From the NCBI GenBank assembly GCA_965225795.1, contig OZ245324.1, positions 568,944-632,943 on the forward strand: a DNA stretch of 64,000 nucleotides, given 5' to 3'. Source of the DNA: Dehalococcoidia bacterium. GTDB lineage: Bacteria; Chloroflexota; Dehalococcoidia; Lucifugimonadales; JADFKI01. The position numbers and the translations under genes were made by a program. This document shows, piece after piece, positions 29,851 to 40,637 of the stretch. The notes under the pieces were generated by a model that was given only the letters and a program-made list of their open reading frames with translations, had not been told where the DNA came from and searched no databases. Positions within the stretch are counted from its first letter, which is position 1. Every line of letters starts with the position of its first letter.

Positions 29851-30759
29851 TTGGAACTGGGAATGATTGGCTTGGGCCGAATGGGCGGGAACATGACCCA
29901 GCGTCTCCTCGATGGCGGCCATCATATTGTCGCCTATGATCCCGATGAACAGGCCCGGTTGTCGGTCGTGAACGCCGGCGCAATCGAGGCAAGTTCCATT
30001 CATGAACTTGTTTCGCTCCTGTCGCCTCCTCGCGCGGTTTGGGTGATGGTACCCGCCGGTGATGTTACGGACGAAACAATAAGTACTCTCTCCGCTGAGT
30101 TGTCTGTGGGAGACACCATAATCGACGGCGGCAACTCCAATTATAGAGACACGATTCGCCGTTCAGCTGATGTCGGGGATCGGGGAATCACGATGTTGGA
30201 TGTAGGCACGAGCGGAGGTGTCTGGGGACTGACAGAAGGTTACAGCCTTATGATCGGTGGTGATGCTGAGGCGTATTCACGTCTTGAACCTATATTCCAG
30301 ACACTTGCGCCTGGCGCGAGTATAGGATATGGGCACGTGGGACCGTCTGGCGCGGGGCACTTCGTGAAAATGGTCCATAACGGCATAGAATACGGAATGA
30401 TGCAGGCCTTCGCAGAGGGCTTTGAACTCATGGAAGCCAAGCATGACCTGGAACTCGACCTCGCGCAGATTGCCCACATTTGGCGCTACGGCAGTGTAGT
30501 TCGGTCATGGTTGCTTGATCTAACAGCAGCGGCTCTGGATGAGGATGGCAGTCTGGAAGGTATCCAGGCGTATGTGGAGGACTCTGGCGAGGGACGCTGG
30601 ACAGTAGAAGAATCGATCGATCTGGCTGTTCCGATTCCAGTTATTGTTGCGTCATTGCAAGCGCGATTCCGCTCGAGACAGGACTCCCCCTTCGGAGCAA
30701 AACTGTTGGCAGCAATGCGAAATCAATTCGGCGGGCATAGTGTCAGAAAGTCGGAATGA
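29851..30759 (+). CDS. gnd: 6-phosphogluconate dehydrogenase, decarboxylating (short ~300-aa type).
   Basis: [11 protein letters not shown] Rossmann motif and [12 protein letters not shown]. The TTG start at 29851 lies 6 nt after GGAGG. Confidence 0.85.
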   Translation: MELGMIGLGRMGGNMTQRLLDGGHHIVAYDPDEQARLSVVNAGAIEASSIHELVSLLSPPRAVWVMVPAGDVTDETISTLSAELSVGDTIIDGGNSNYRDTIRRSADVGDRGITMLDVGTSGGVWGLTEGYSLMIGGDAEAYSRLEPIFQTLAPGASIGYGHVGPSGAGHFVKMVHNGIEYGMMQAFAEGFELMEAKHDLELDLAQIAHIWRYGSVVRSWLLDLTAAALDEDGSLEGIQAYVEDSGEGRWTVEESIDLAVPIPVIVASLQARFRSRQDSPFGAKLLAAMRNQFGGHSVRKSE

Positions 30760-32222
30760 TGTCTCTGGAAAGCACAAGCATTGTCATATTTGGCGGCACA
30801 GGTGACCTTGCCCAGCGTAAGCTAGTGCCAGCACTTTTCGAGCTTGCTTACCGTGGGCGTGCCCCTGAAAATCTCCGAATCGTCTGCTTTGCGCGCTCCG
30901 ACTTCACTAGCGAGTCGTACCGCGAATTCATGTGGAATAAGGTAAGTGAGTTCCGCGACCTCGCAGCGCACAAAGATGCCTGGGGGGAATTTGCCCGTCG
31001 CATCCACTACATACGTGGCGATTTGAGCGACCCCGAGGGACTTGGAGTACTAAAGAAGGGGCTTCAAGAGTTGGATGGCGGCGCCGGAGCTCCCTCAAAC
31101 TGGCTTTTCTATCTGTCGATCGCCCCATGGCTCTTTGAGCCTGCTCTTCGCAATATGAACGTTCACGGTCTTGCGGACGAGTCAACAGGATGGCGCCGAG
31201 TAGTTATAGAGAAGCCATTTGGTAGTGATCTCGCGTCTGCTACGGAACTGGACAATCTCGTTGGGCAGGTGTTCGATGAGAGTCAGGTTTATCGTATCGA
31301 TCATTACCTTGGTAAGCATATGGTGCAAAATCTCCTGGTTTTTCGTTTTGCAAACGCCATCTTTGAACCTATATGGAATCGTAACTATATCGACAACGTG
31401 CAGATTACAGTCGCCGAATCCATAGCGGTCGAAGACAGGGGAAGCTATTACAATGAGTCGGGCGTCGTGCGAGACATGGTGCAAAACCACATGCTGCAAC
31501 TGCTCACTCTGGTAGCAATGGAGCCTCCCAACATTGCTGATTCTGAATCGCTTCGGAACAAAAAAGTCGAAGTACTGCAGGCTATTCGCAGGAATGGCGG
31601 CGCTGAAATGGCGCGAAACGCCGTGCGAGGCCAATACAATGGCTATCTGGCGGAGCGAGGCGTACCAGAAGGGTCCATCACACCCACATACGCGGCTTTG
31701 CGGCTCTTCGTGGACAATTGGCGTTGGCGGGATGTGCCATTTTACCTGCGAACCGGCAAAGCAATGGCAGAGAAGGTATCAGAAATTGTAATAGAGTTTC
31801 AGAAGCCGCCACACACGATGTTTCCTATGCCTTCGGGCGAAGCCATTCCGTCTAATCTTCTTCGCCTGAGCCTGCAGCCTGACGAGGGCATCCACCTTGG
31901 TTTTCAGACTAAGAGCCCGGACGTTGATATTGCCTCAATGGAACGGACGAATTTGGAATTCCATTATAGGTCCGCTTTCAGAGACCTCTCGATTCCCGAA
32001 GATTACGAGCGACTGCTCCAAGACGCCCTACTTGGCGACGCCAGCTTATTCATTCGCAATGACCATATTGAAGAAGCCTGGAAGATTGTCGATCCTCTCA
32101 TAGACGCCTGGACCGACCTGGATATTTCTCCTCTGCATATCTACGCCTGCGGCAGTTGGGGTCCTGACGCGTCTGATGCCTTGCTTGCGCAGGATGGACG
32201 CAGATGGCGGCGCTACAACTAG
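30756..32222 (+). CDS. zwf: Glucose-6-phosphate 1-dehydrogenase.
   Basis: [11 protein letters not shown] and the RIDHYLGK active-site motif. It has an ATGA overlap with the gnd stop. Confidence 0.95.
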   Translation: MMSLESTSIVIFGGTGDLAQRKLVPALFELAYRGRAPENLRIVCFARSDFTSESYREFMWNKVSEFRDLAAHKDAWGEFARRIHYIRGDLSDPEGLGVLKKGLQELDGGAGAPSNWLFYLSIAPWLFEPALRNMNVHGLADESTGWRRVVIEKPFGSDLASATELDNLVGQVFDESQVYRIDHYLGKHMVQNLLVFRFANAIFEPIWNRNYIDNVQITVAESIAVEDRGSYYNESGVVRDMVQNHMLQLLTLVAMEPPNIADSESLRNKKVEVLQAIRRNGGAEMARNAVRGQYNGYLAERGVPEGSITPTYAALRLFVDNWRWRDVPFYLRTGKAMAEKVSEIVIEFQKPPHTMFPMPSGEAIPSNLLRLSLQPDEGIHLGFQTKSPDVDIASMERTNLEFHYRSAFRDLSIPEDYERLLQDALLGDASLFIRNDHIEEAWKIVDPLIDAWTDLDISPLHIYACGSWGPDASDALLAQDGRRWRRYN

Positions 32223-32444
32223 ATTAAGCGTTACCGCATTGAACGTTCCTTCTCGAGGCTGTGAGATTTAGGTTCTTCACCTTCATCGTCGCCTGTGGCG
32301 ATACTAACTCAGGCACCCTTTCGCCCCTGCTCTCATCTAAAGTAGCAGAGGCATCTAGCAGGGTTATCTGTGACACTCTTACTCTAGGTTCCTTCTTATG
32401 CGAATTGAAGTAATTCGCTAGGTCTTGACGGCACAAATAACAAA

Positions 32445-33875
32445 GTGGGGAGTAACTTGCGGCACAGAATTGCACGGACTTGGTTTTTTGCGGCGCTCGC
32501 CGTGATGCTCTTGATGATGGGTTCTTTGGCTGCTGCGTGCGGCGCTAGCGTACCCGGGACGGAGCTCGAACAGGTGGCACCGATTCAGAACCCCGCGGCT
32601 GATCCCGAATCTAGCAATATTCCAAACTCAGAAGTGTCATCACCTACGGTTCCACCTGCTGAGCAATCGGAGGCCTCGCGTGCTGCTGTACCTGCGGCAA
32701 CACATACAGCTAAGTCACTCGTGGCGGCGCAAGTTCCGGCGTTCACAGCAACTCAAAACGTGGATATGAGTGGAGAAAATGGCAGCATCACGCCCGATCG
32801 AGATTACGAAGGGGCCTTGAGCGCAGCAAGACTAAGCACCAGAGGTTGGGATACCGATTTCAGGTTTCACACTGTACCTTACAGCGAGATAAGATCTGTC
32901 ATTCCTCGCGACAACATCCCGTCGATAGACAAACCCTCCTTTATCGCTCCCTCGGAGGCATCGGCGTGGCTGAGTGATGTTGAGCCTGTGGTATCTCTTG
33001 AAATCAGCGGAGATGTCCGCGCGTACCCGCTCCAGATTCTGACCTGGCACGAAATAGTCAACGACACCGTTGGGGATGTTCCTGTGGCAGTAACATTTTG
33101 CCCGTTGTGCAATTCGGCGATTGCGTTCGACCGGCGTCTGGATGGAAAAGAGCTTGAATTTGGAGTGTCGGGGAATCTTCGCAACTCCGACCTGATAATG
33201 TACGACCGGGAGACGCATTCATGGTGGCAGCAATTCACAGGTGAAGGCATAGCAGGGGAGCACGCGGGACGAAGCTTAAACCATCTCCCAGCCTTTATAG
33301 TATCGTTCGCGGATTTTCAGAGAGCTCACCCGAATGGGAAAGTATTGTCGCGAGATACCGGTTACGCACGTCAGTATGGGCGAAATCCATACGCCGGGTA
33401 TGACACGATCGAAGGAAATCCATTCTTGTTCACAGGAGATTTGGATGGCAGGCTCCTTCCCGTCGAGCGTGTCATCGCAGTAACCATTGGGGAAATTGAT
33501 GTGGCATTCCCGCTGAGTATTCTGCAGGAGGAAGGCGTAATAAACTATGAAACTTCCGGGAGCTCGATTACCGTGTTCCACAAGTTTGGAACAACATCCG
33601 CACTTGACGCTGGTTCAATTGCGGACTCTCGAGATGTGGGATCAGCCGGGGTCTTCGATGCCAGTCTAGACGGCCAGGGATTGACATTCAGCATCAAGAA
33701 TGAAGATATCATTGATGACCAGACGGGAAGCAAGTGGGATATCCTGGGCAATGCCGTGGACGGACCGCTTGCAGGAGAGAGGCTCACTCCAATAGTGCAT
33801 GGCAATCATTTCTGGTTTGCCTGGGCTGTGTTTAAGCCCGACACGCTAGTGTATCAGGGCAGGGAAGGCGCATGA
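32445..33875 (+). CDS. Secreted DUF3179-like protein (probable lipoprotein).
   Basis: LAAAC lipobox. IPSIDKPSF, RAYPLQILTWHEIVND and VTFCPLCNSA motifs are typical of DUF3179. Confidence 0.7.
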   Translation: MGSNLRHRIARTWFFAALAVMLLMMGSLAAACGASVPGTELEQVAPIQNPAADPESSNIPNSEVSSPTVPPAEQSEASRAAVPAATHTAKSLVAAQVPAFTATQNVDMSGENGSITPDRDYEGALSAARLSTRGWDTDFRFHTVPYSEIRSVIPRDNIPSIDKPSFIAPSEASAWLSDVEPVVSLEISGDVRAYPLQILTWHEIVNDTVGDVPVAVTFCPLCNSAIAFDRRLDGKELEFGVSGNLRNSDLIMYDRETHSWWQQFTGEGIAGEHAGRSLNHLPAFIVSFADFQRAHPNGKVLSRDTGYARQYGRNPYAGYDTIEGNPFLFTGDLDGRLLPVERVIAVTIGEIDVAFPLSILQEEGVINYETSGSSITVFHKFGTTSALDAGSIADSRDVGSAGVFDASLDGQGLTFSIKNEDIIDDQTGSKWDILGNAVDGPLAGERLTPIVHGNHFWFAWAVFKPDTLVYQGREGA

Positions 33876-33905
33876 ATTCTTAACAATTATGAAAATGAAG
33901 TAAGA

Positions 33906-33944
33906 GGCGCCCGCATTTCATGACATGATGCGCGGACGCCTTTT
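33906..33944 (+). terminator. Rho-independent terminator between convergent genes.
   Basis: An imperfect GC-rich hairpin GGCGCCCGCA..TGCGCGGACGCC is followed by TTTT. Confidence 0.5.
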
Positions 33945-33970
33945 CAAGTCTGAGTCAATTAGCCTCTGGC

Positions 33971-34660
33971 TTAGTTGGCAATGATGTCTTCGAAAAGATC
34001 TGCCCAACTTTCGTAGTCGCCCTTCCCAAAGCCATAGCGGTGCGTAATCGTTCCGTCCCTGCTAATTGCGACTTTAGAAGCCTGGGTATAGATTCTTAGT
34101 GCATCCAGCATGCCTTCGTCCGGATGGGCTACCGGCCAAGGCAATCCCTTGCCTTCCCTGTCGGCCTCCAATTTTTCTAAGCTTTCGGACAGGTCAGTAC
34201 CTACGAGGTAGAATGCGATCTGATCAGTGTAGTTTGCACCGATCTCATCCTGAATGCGCCGCAACTCGACGCGGCAGGTTCCTCACCAGGTAGTGTGGAA
34301 GTAAATGAAGGCAGGCTTGCCTTCATCGAAAATTGCCGCAGATGTGACCCGGCTGCCATCCAGCAGGCTCATGCCGAATTCCGGGACGTGCATTCCAACT
34401 TTGTAGCCGACTTCCACTGGACCGGCTTCTGGCTCGCTCTCTACAGCCTCAATTGCCTTTTGGGGGGCGGAGTCAGCTTGCGCCATTTCCGCGGCCTGTG
34501 TTGGCACCGCCACCAGCTCCGACGCAGGCACAACTTTGGGTGCGGGAGGCACGGAAATGCTCTCAGCGGTCTGAGAGGCGGGTGCCGCGCCGCATCCGAA
34601 CAATATCCCTATCGTCGCTCCAAGTGTCAGCAGAAGGGATAGTGCAAATTTAGTGCTCAT
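33971..34660 (-). CDS. Thioredoxin-fold (TlpA/ResA-like) thiol:disulfide oxidoreductase lipoprotein with a W-U-G-T-C redox motif; in-frame TGA at 34283-34285.
   Basis: Track ORFs 34283-34660 and 33971-34264 share one frame: ..KPAFIYFHTTW-U-GTCRVELRRIQDE.. It has an N-terminal lipobox (LFGCG). Confidence 0.75.
34258..34275 (-). promoter_or_regulatory. Candidate bacterial SECIS hairpin for the thioredoxin-fold gene.
   Basis: The mRNA GCCGC-GUCGAGUU-GCGGC starts 8 nt after the UGA. Confidence 0.35.
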
Positions 34661-34755
34661 TCATACATCTCGCTTGGTGTTGTAGTCCGATTCGGCACAT
34701 TTCCGCTTGTGAGTGGATATGTACTTAGGATACGGCAAGAATTGCTCCAGTACAA

Positions 34756-36117
34756 TCAGCCAACAGTTTGCGGGCGAGCTTCCAGAGTCACTTCAATTTG
34801 GGCGCTATCTCCCCCGTCTCGCACTACGCTCATCGTGACCGTGTCGCCCGGTTTCGTGTTTTCCATCAGGTATATGATCAGGTCGTTCATGCTGACGATA
34901 GCCTGCTCGTCAATGGCCGTTATGACATCGCCTCCGTAACGTATGCTGCCTTCATCTGTCCGCTTGTTCTTGTCGCTGCCGACTAGGCCAGCCTGCTGCG
35001 CGGGGCCTTCTTCTGCAAGAGCAATTACCTGAGCCCCGCGAGTTCCTGCTGGTGCGTTCATCAGCTCTACAGCTTCGGCCCCTATGGTCGTACCGCGGAT
35101 GCCCAGCCATGAGTATGTAAAGGCGCCGTCGCTGATGAGAACGGGTACAATCTGTTTTGCAATGTTAATTGGAATAGCAAAACCGATGCCTGTGTTTGAG
35201 CCAGAGCGCGTGATTATCTGGGCGTCAATTCCGATGACACGCCCTTGCCTGTCCAGCAATGGGCCCCCTGAATTGCCGGGGTTCATTGGTGCATCCGTTT
35301 GTATGACCTTAGGCAATGAGAAGTGGGAATCGCTAGTGCGTATAGTGCGTCCGATGGCGCTGACAATGCCCGTTGTAGTTGAGAATTCCTGCCCAAACGG
35401 GTTGCCAATGGTGATTGCGATCTGCCCGACGCGAATTTCATTGCTGTCCCCAAGAGATACTGGTTTCAGCAACTCCGCGTCGCGTTCAATCTTCAGGACT
35501 GCCAAATCTGAATCTTCGTCCCAACCGATCACCTCGGCCTCAGCGTCACTGCCGTCAGAGAAGACAACCGTTATGCGCTCGGCGTCGACAACGACATGCC
35601 GGTTCGTCACTATGTGCCCCGCGTCGTCCCATACGAATCCTGAGCCCTGTCCGTTTCTGTAGAAGAATTCCTGCTGCGAGCCGCCATCTGGAGGAGACCC
35701 TTGTCCAAATGGAAAAGGAGAAGTGAATCCTGGAATTGAACTGGAGATTTCGACGCGGTTGAGCACGAAGACACTGACGACGGATGGCAGCACATCGTCA
35801 TGTACGTCGCCTATCACGCTTTCATAGGCGGCAACTATTTCGTCGGCGTCTATTTCAAATGCGGGAGGCTGCTTAGGTTCATTCGAAGGTATTCCGTCCA
35901 GCAGCGGCTGCGCGGATGAATTCTCCCCTGCCGGCACCTGCCATGAAGCGCGGGAGGTTTGTACATCTTCAGCGGGGACACTTATGGAATTGGCAGACGA
36001 TGCGCCATAGTTGTCCGTAGATGCCGCGGGCGCACTGCTGCATGCGAGCGTCGCGGCGAGGATTGAAAACAGGCAGGTGAGCGCAGGATACTTCAGACTC
36101 TTTAATCCATGTGTCAT
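34756..36117 (-). CDS. HtrA/DegP-family trypsin-like serine protease with a PDZ domain.
   Basis: TNRHVV (His), DLAVLK (Asp), GNSGGPL (Ser), a C-terminal PDZ domain and an N-terminal signal/lipobox (LAC). Confidence 0.9.
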   Translation of the reverse strand: MTHGLKSLKYPALTCLFSILAATLACSSAPAASTDNYGASSANSISVPAEDVQTSRASWQVPAGENSSAQPLLDGIPSNEPKQPPAFEIDADEIVAAYESVIGDVHDDVLPSVVSVFVLNRVEISSSIPGFTSPFPFGQGSPPDGGSQQEFFYRNGQGSGFVWDDAGHIVTNRHVVVDAERITVVFSDGSDAEAEVIGWDEDSDLAVLKIERDAELLKPVSLGDSNEIRVGQIAITIGNPFGQEFSTTTGIVSAIGRTIRTSDSHFSLPKVIQTDAPMNPGNSGGPLLDRQGRVIGIDAQIITRSGSNTGIGFAIPINIAKQIVPVLISDGAFTYSWLGIRGTTIGAEAVELMNAPAGTRGAQVIALAEEGPAQQAGLVGSDKNKRTDEGSIRYGGDVITAIDEQAIVSMNDLIIYLMENTKPGDTVTMSVVRDGGDSAQIEVTLEARPQTVG

Positions 36118-36301
36118 ATCGCGCCCTTCATGCTATAGGTTTAACTAGTTGGATGCATTTTGAGCAAATTTAGTCGTAGAGTCAGCGTGAGACACAATAC
36201 TAAAAATATAACGTCCAACGCCTGCATTGGATAGTACGAATTTATGCGGTCTTGGCCCTGAAGCTTGCGAAGCTATAGCGATGATGACCACATGGGGTGG
36301 A

Positions 36302-37072
36302 CTAAAGAGATGATTCTGCAACCCAAATCATATTCGCGCTATTTTCGTCAAAGTCCTGGCGCTCGAAGTCGCCGTACAATGCGAGTATGTCGTATCCGCA
36401 AGTTCGAAGCAAGTGGTACATCTCCCAGCGAAAGATGTAGCGCAGCGCAAAGTCTCGATAAATCTTGTCCGACACCCGTCCATAGTAATCAAGATACTCG
36501 ATCGTAGTACGAATGCTCATCACTTGTGTGTAAGCGTCGTAACTTGCCTGATTCCATAGGACTATCTGGTTGCCCGTCGATGGATCCGTAACATCGCGAA
36601 AGTGATATGGAACATCGCCTTCCTGTACCATCATGTTAAGGTCGGGCACAAATATGTCGAAGACGAGCTTGCCACCTGGAGCAAGGTGGCGCTTGATGTT
36701 TGCTAGAACACGGACTTCATCTTCTACTGACAGTACTGATAGCAATCCCCGAAAGGGAATGATTATCAGGTTGAACTTGTCTGGGAGCGAAAAGTTTCGC
36801 ATGTCTGCCTGCAAAAGGCTCAGCCCGGTTGCCCCAGCGCTCTCAGCCTTCTGCTGAGCGCGTTCTAGCATCGCAGTCGATGAGTCCAGCCCGACTAATT
36901 CGATGCCGCCGAGTGCGATTGGTATCGAAACCCGCCCAGTGCCACATCCCAGTTCAAGTACTGGGCCGCCTGACCGCTTCGCTTCGTACAGGTAAAACGG
37001 GATATCATCAATGACGTAGGAAAACACCGAGTCGTAGATGTCCGCCCAGGCGTCGTAAGGTGAAATGTCCAT
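36302..37072 (-). CDS. Class I SAM-dependent methyltransferase.
   Basis: VLELGCGTGR motif I; 256 aa. Confidence 0.8.
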   Translation of the reverse strand: MDISPYDAWADIYDSVFSYVIDDIPFYLYEAKRSGGPVLELGCGTGRVSIPIALGGIELVGLDSSTAMLERAQQKAESAGATGLSLLQADMRNFSLPDKFNLIIIPFRGLLSVLSVEDEVRVLANIKRHLAPGGKLVFDIFVPDLNMMVQEGDVPYHFRDVTDPSTGNQIVLWNQASYDAYTQVMSIRTTIEYLDYYGRVSDKIYRDFALRYIFRWEMYHLLRTCGYDILALYGDFERQDFDENSANMIWVAESSL

Positions 37073-37080
37073 AACCCTTG

Positions 37081-37662
37081 TTAGCCTGCAAGTTGCTGGA
37101 GCGCCATTCGCACCTTGTCTTCGGTAGCGGAATTGCCGTCCTCTGGCAGTGCGGACAGTGCCTCACGCGCTTCAACCGGCGAGTAGCCGAGCGCGGTCAG
37201 AGCATCCAGAGCGTCCGAGTCAAGTTTTGAGACGCTTCCGGTATTCCAGTCCAGTTCCAGCTTGCCCTTGAGTTCTAGCAGAATGCGACTTGCGGTCCTG
37301 CTACCTACGCCCGGCACGATTGTGAAGCTTTTGACATCCCCGGAGTCAACAGCGGCTGCGAGGGCTTCAGGCCTGAATGTGGAAAGGATGCTTAATGCAA
37401 CGCGAGGGCCTATTCCGCTAATTCCAATAAGAGTTTCAAACGTCTGACGTGCCTCGGGTGTATCGAAGCCGTAGAGGCTCAGGCTATCCGCTCTCACTTG
37501 TAGCGAGGTGAACAGACTTACGGGGCTGCCAATTTGCCCAAGAGCTTCGACCGACGGAGCAGGGGCGCTCACACGCAACGTAACGCCACCGATGGCGACA
37601 TCGGCCCAGTCAGGTCCAGTACCCTCCAATGTGCCCCGTACAGAAGAAATTAGGGAAGACAT
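37081..37662 (-). CDS. ruvA: Holliday junction DNA helicase subunit RuvA.
   Basis: 193 aa with LIGISGIGPRVALSIL and VPGVGSRTASRILLELK helix-hairpin-helix motifs. Confidence 0.9.
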   Translation of the reverse strand: MSSLISSVRGTLEGTGPDWADVAIGGVTLRVSAPAPSVEALGQIGSPVSLFTSLQVRADSLSLYGFDTPEARQTFETLIGISGIGPRVALSILSTFRPEALAAAVDSGDVKSFTIVPGVGSRTASRILLELKGKLELDWNTGSVSKLDSDALDALTALGYSPVEAREALSALPEDGNSATEDKVRMALQQLAG

Positions 37663-37665
37663 ACT

Positions 37666-38166
37666 CTAAATTCGATCGTCAGGAATGAGTGATTGCACTC
37701 GCCTTGCGTTAATGTGGCATATCGCTATTGCTAACGCGTCTGAAGCATCGAGTGACATAGGAGTGCTATTAAGGTCTAGTGCAAGCATTGCCATCTCCTG
37801 CACCTGCTCCTTAGAACTGTCCCCGAAACCAGTTACTGCGAGCTTGACCTCACGAGGTGCAAATAAGTGTACGCTTATGCCCGACGCCTGCGCAGCGATC
37901 ATCGCCACCGCCTGCGCTTGGCCAACTGCTATGGCCGATCGCGCATTACGTGCTACAAACGGCTCTTCTATTGCAATTTCATCAGGCTTGTGCCGTGCGA
38001 TGTAACTGAGCAACTCCGTGTACAGGCGGTGAAGCCGCTCTGCTCGAGGGGCGCCGCGCCGAACTTTCAATACATCGGCGTGCAGAAATGTAAGGCTGTC
38101 GCCTTCAGCGTTGACTAATCCAACGCCCATGTTGTAGGTTCCTGGGTCGATTCCGAGAACGAGCAC
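37666..38166 (-). CDS. ruvC: Crossover junction endodeoxyribonuclease RuvC.
   Basis: LGIDPG N-terminus, IEEPF and DASDALAIAICH motifs. Confidence 0.9.
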   Translation of the reverse strand: MLVLGIDPGTYNMGVGLVNAEGDSLTFLHADVLKVRRGAPRAERLHRLYTELLSYIARHKPDEIAIEEPFVARNARSAIAVGQAQAVAMIAAQASGISVHLFAPREVKLAVTGFGDSSKEQVQEMAMLALDLNSTPMSLDASDALAIAICHINARRVQSLIPDDRI

Positions 38167-38171
38167 AGCGC

Positions 38172-38927
38172 CTATTCGTCGCGATACTGTTCCAGGACAT
38201 CGTCCGGGAAGTCTGCGTTGGAATAGACCTTTTGGACATCGTCCAGTTCCTCGAGCTGGTCAAGCAGGCGTAATGTCTGCGATGCCGTCTTAAAGTCAAG
38301 CACAACTGTGTTATTGGGGATCATGGACAGTTCGGAAGACACAATTGGCGCATCGGTGTCAGTTAGAGTCTGCCGGACATCTTCCAGCCTGTCCACAGGC
38401 GAGAAAACCTGAAGTGTGGAATCGAAGGTCTCGAAGTCGTCGGCGCCGGCATCGATGGCAACCAGTGCAAACTCTTCGGCATCTTCCTCCTCTGCGTTCA
38501 CGACTACTATGCCTTTCTGCTCGAATTGCCACGCTACCGCACCGGACTGCGCTAAGTTGCCGCCTGCCTTAGTGAGGGTGGAGCGAATGTCGGAGACGGT
38601 GCGGTTGCGGTTGTCACTGAGCGTTTGCAGCATAATCGCCACCCCGCCGGGGCCATATCCTTCGTAAGTGAATTCAACCATCTGGTCCTGTTCGCCTGAC
38701 TCTCCCGTCCCCCTCTTGATGGCGCGCTCAACGTTGTCATTGGGCATGTTGGCGTCTCTCGCCTTCTGAAGAGCCATCCTAAGCCGGATGTTCATAGTGG
38801 GGTCTCCTCCACCTTGCCGCGCCGCGATTATTATCTCTCGCGTGATTTTGGTGAATAGCTTGCCCCTCTTTGCGTCCGTGGCTGCCTTAGCATGCTTTAT
38901 TGTTGACCATTTAGAGTGACCAGACAT
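38172..38927 (-). CDS. yebC: YebC/PmpR-family transcriptional regulator.
   Basis: MSGHSKWSTIKH.KA..DA.RGK is the canonical N-terminus. Confidence 0.9.
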   Translation of the reverse strand: MSGHSKWSTIKHAKAATDAKRGKLFTKITREIIIAARQGGGDPTMNIRLRMALQKARDANMPNDNVERAIKRGTGESGEQDQMVEFTYEGYGPGGVAIMLQTLSDNRNRTVSDIRSTLTKAGGNLAQSGAVAWQFEQKGIVVVNAEEEDAEEFALVAIDAGADDFETFDSTLQVFSPVDRLEDVRQTLTDTDAPIVSSELSMIPNNTVVLDFKTASQTLRLLDQLEELDDVQKVYSNADFPDDVLEQYRDE

Positions 38928-39035
38928 AAGCCAACCCCTACTAACTATTTGATTTCGATGTGCCTAATTTTAGCACGCGCTATTTGGTTGGTCAAAACGC
39001 GTGGAGCATGTCATATCCATCCACTTGCAGGACTT

Positions 39036-39914
39036 TTAGAGTCCGATTCGGGACAAATACTCTGGCTTGCCACTTATGCCTAGGTTCAGCCTGTACAGAC
39101 ACCCCGCTCCGGGCCCCTCGCCAATTTTATCTTGGCCGCCCGCGGTTGTAACATACATGTCTGTGTAGTCCTCACCTCCAAAAATGACACTGGACACCTT
39201 ACGTGCTGGGAACCATATTCGTTGCACTTGCTCACCCTCTGGGGAGTATCGTACTAGTGACGAGCCATCCCAGCGCGCAGACCAAACATTGCCCTCCGCG
39301 TCGACGGTCATGCCATCGGGAATGCCGTCGTTGTCTCCCGTATTGACGAAGACTCGCCTATTGGAGAGTTCGCCGGTCTCTATCTCATAATCGAATAAGT
39401 AGATGTTGTGTGTCGGTGAGTCGGTAAAGTACATCTGCTTTGTGTCAGGTGTGAAGCCCATTCCGTTCGAAATACCGACGCCGCTCAGGACTTGTGTGAT
39501 CGAGCCGTCCGTGTCCAAGCGGTAAAGGCTGCCTACGTGGTCGGGAGCCGGCATGGTGCCGCAAAACACTCGCCCGGCTGGGTCTGCTATCACATCATTG
39601 AACCGAGTCTCTCGCTCAGCTTCGATCTCGCGGATGTGATATTCCAGATTTCCGTTTCGAAGTGAAGCAATTGCGCCGCGGTCCATAAATAGTAGCAGAG
39701 TGCCGTCCGCCTGAACGGTAAATCCGCCAACCTCACCGCCTTCGAAAATCTGACTGTGCTCGCCGCTTACAGGATCGTAACGAAAGATTCTTCCCTGGAG
39801 GATATCGGCCCAATAGACCTTGCGGTCAATTGGGTGCCACATCGGACCTTCCCCAACAGTACAATTGTAATCGGCAATAAGTTCAATATTCACGATAAAA
39901 TCCCCCGACAGCAA
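39036..39914 (-). CDS. SMP-30/gluconolactonase/LRE-family beta-propeller protein.
   Basis: GEGPMWH, DG.L.F.D and PDGMTVD motifs. The start may be GTG 39893, which is preceded by GGGGGA. Confidence 0.8.
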   Translation of the reverse strand: MLSGDFIVNIELIADYNCTVGEGPMWHPIDRKVYWADILQGRIFRYDPVSGEHSQIFEGGEVGGFTVQADGTLLLFMDRGAIASLRNGNLEYHIREIEAERETRFNDVIADPAGRVFCGTMPAPDHVGSLYRLDTDGSITQVLSGVGISNGMGFTPDTKQMYFTDSPTHNIYLFDYEIETGELSNRRVFVNTGDNDGIPDGMTVDAEGNVWSARWDGSSLVRYSPEGEQVQRIWFPARKVSSVIFGGEDYTDMYVTTAGGQDKIGEGPGAGCLYRLNLGISGKPEYLSRIGL

Positions 39915-40149
39915 ATTTAATCTATGGCTTTACAATGACTTATCGTTTGGGATATATTCATTTCATCAAAAACTGAGGCACTGGTTCTAGCTCTGTAGCA
40001 CACTACAGAGTTGAGTTTTCGCTAGTTGCCTGATAACAATTAGCTTGGACAGTTTGTTGAGTGGTACTACGGAGAGGCTGGATCAGTTGTTTGGGATCAC
40101 GGTCATTATCTAGAATGACTGATGTAATGACAAGGGAGGTAGGGCGTAT

Positions 40150-40443
40150 ATGGCAACTCGTAGGAAGAGTGAAATGGCAGATAGGGTAGCCGATAGGTTG
40201 GGCTGCACCAAAGCACAGGGAGAAGCTGCGCTCAATGCGGTTTTGAGAAGCATTCAGGATGAATTATCCAAAGGAAACAGAGTCGTGCTCACCGGTTTTG
40301 GCACCTTTGAGTTGCGAGATGTTAAGGCGCGCAAGGTGAGGCCAATTAGGGGCAGCAAGGCGGGGGATCTCATCGAAGTCCCAGCACACAAACGAGTGGG
40401 CTTCTCCGCGGGAGCTGAGTTGAGCAAGGCCGCTCAAAGCTGA
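40150..40443 (+). CDS. HU/IHF-family DNA-binding protein.
   Basis: VVLTGFGTFELRDVKARKVRPIRGS...VPAHKRVGFSAG is the beta-arm signature. AAGGGAGG RBS. Confidence 0.9.
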   Translation: MATRRKSEMADRVADRLGCTKAQGEAALNAVLRSIQDELSKGNRVVLTGFGTFELRDVKARKVRPIRGSKAGDLIEVPAHKRVGFSAGAELSKAAQS

Positions 40444-40473
40444 CAACTCTCCAGAATTTGGTTGTCTTTCTGA

Positions 40474-40506
40474 AGGTGGACTGGTTAATCCGGTCCACCT
40501 TTTTTG
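40474..40506 (+). terminator. Rho-independent terminator after the HU gene.
   Basis: An 11-bp stem AGGTGGACTGG / CCGGTCCACCT has a 5-nt loop and is followed by TTTTT. Confidence 0.85.
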
Positions 40507-40590
40507 TGTCCGCTGTCTTTGTCGACGAACACGAGTTTGGAATATATTATCGAAATATGACGTAATTACGCTTGACGGGAAAAGCACGAG

Positions 40591-40615
40591 TGTTCTAGCA
40601 TCCTCGTATAGAACA
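40591..40615. promoter_or_regulatory. Inverted repeat TGTTCTA-N11-TAGAACA (possible operator) overlapping a candidate promoter.
   Basis: A perfect 7-bp inverted repeat lies 23 nt upstream of the small zinc-ribbon gene. TTGACG at 40572-40577 is a possible -35. Confidence 0.3.
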
Positions 40616-40637
40616 TATTGGGAGCCAGGAGGACTTA

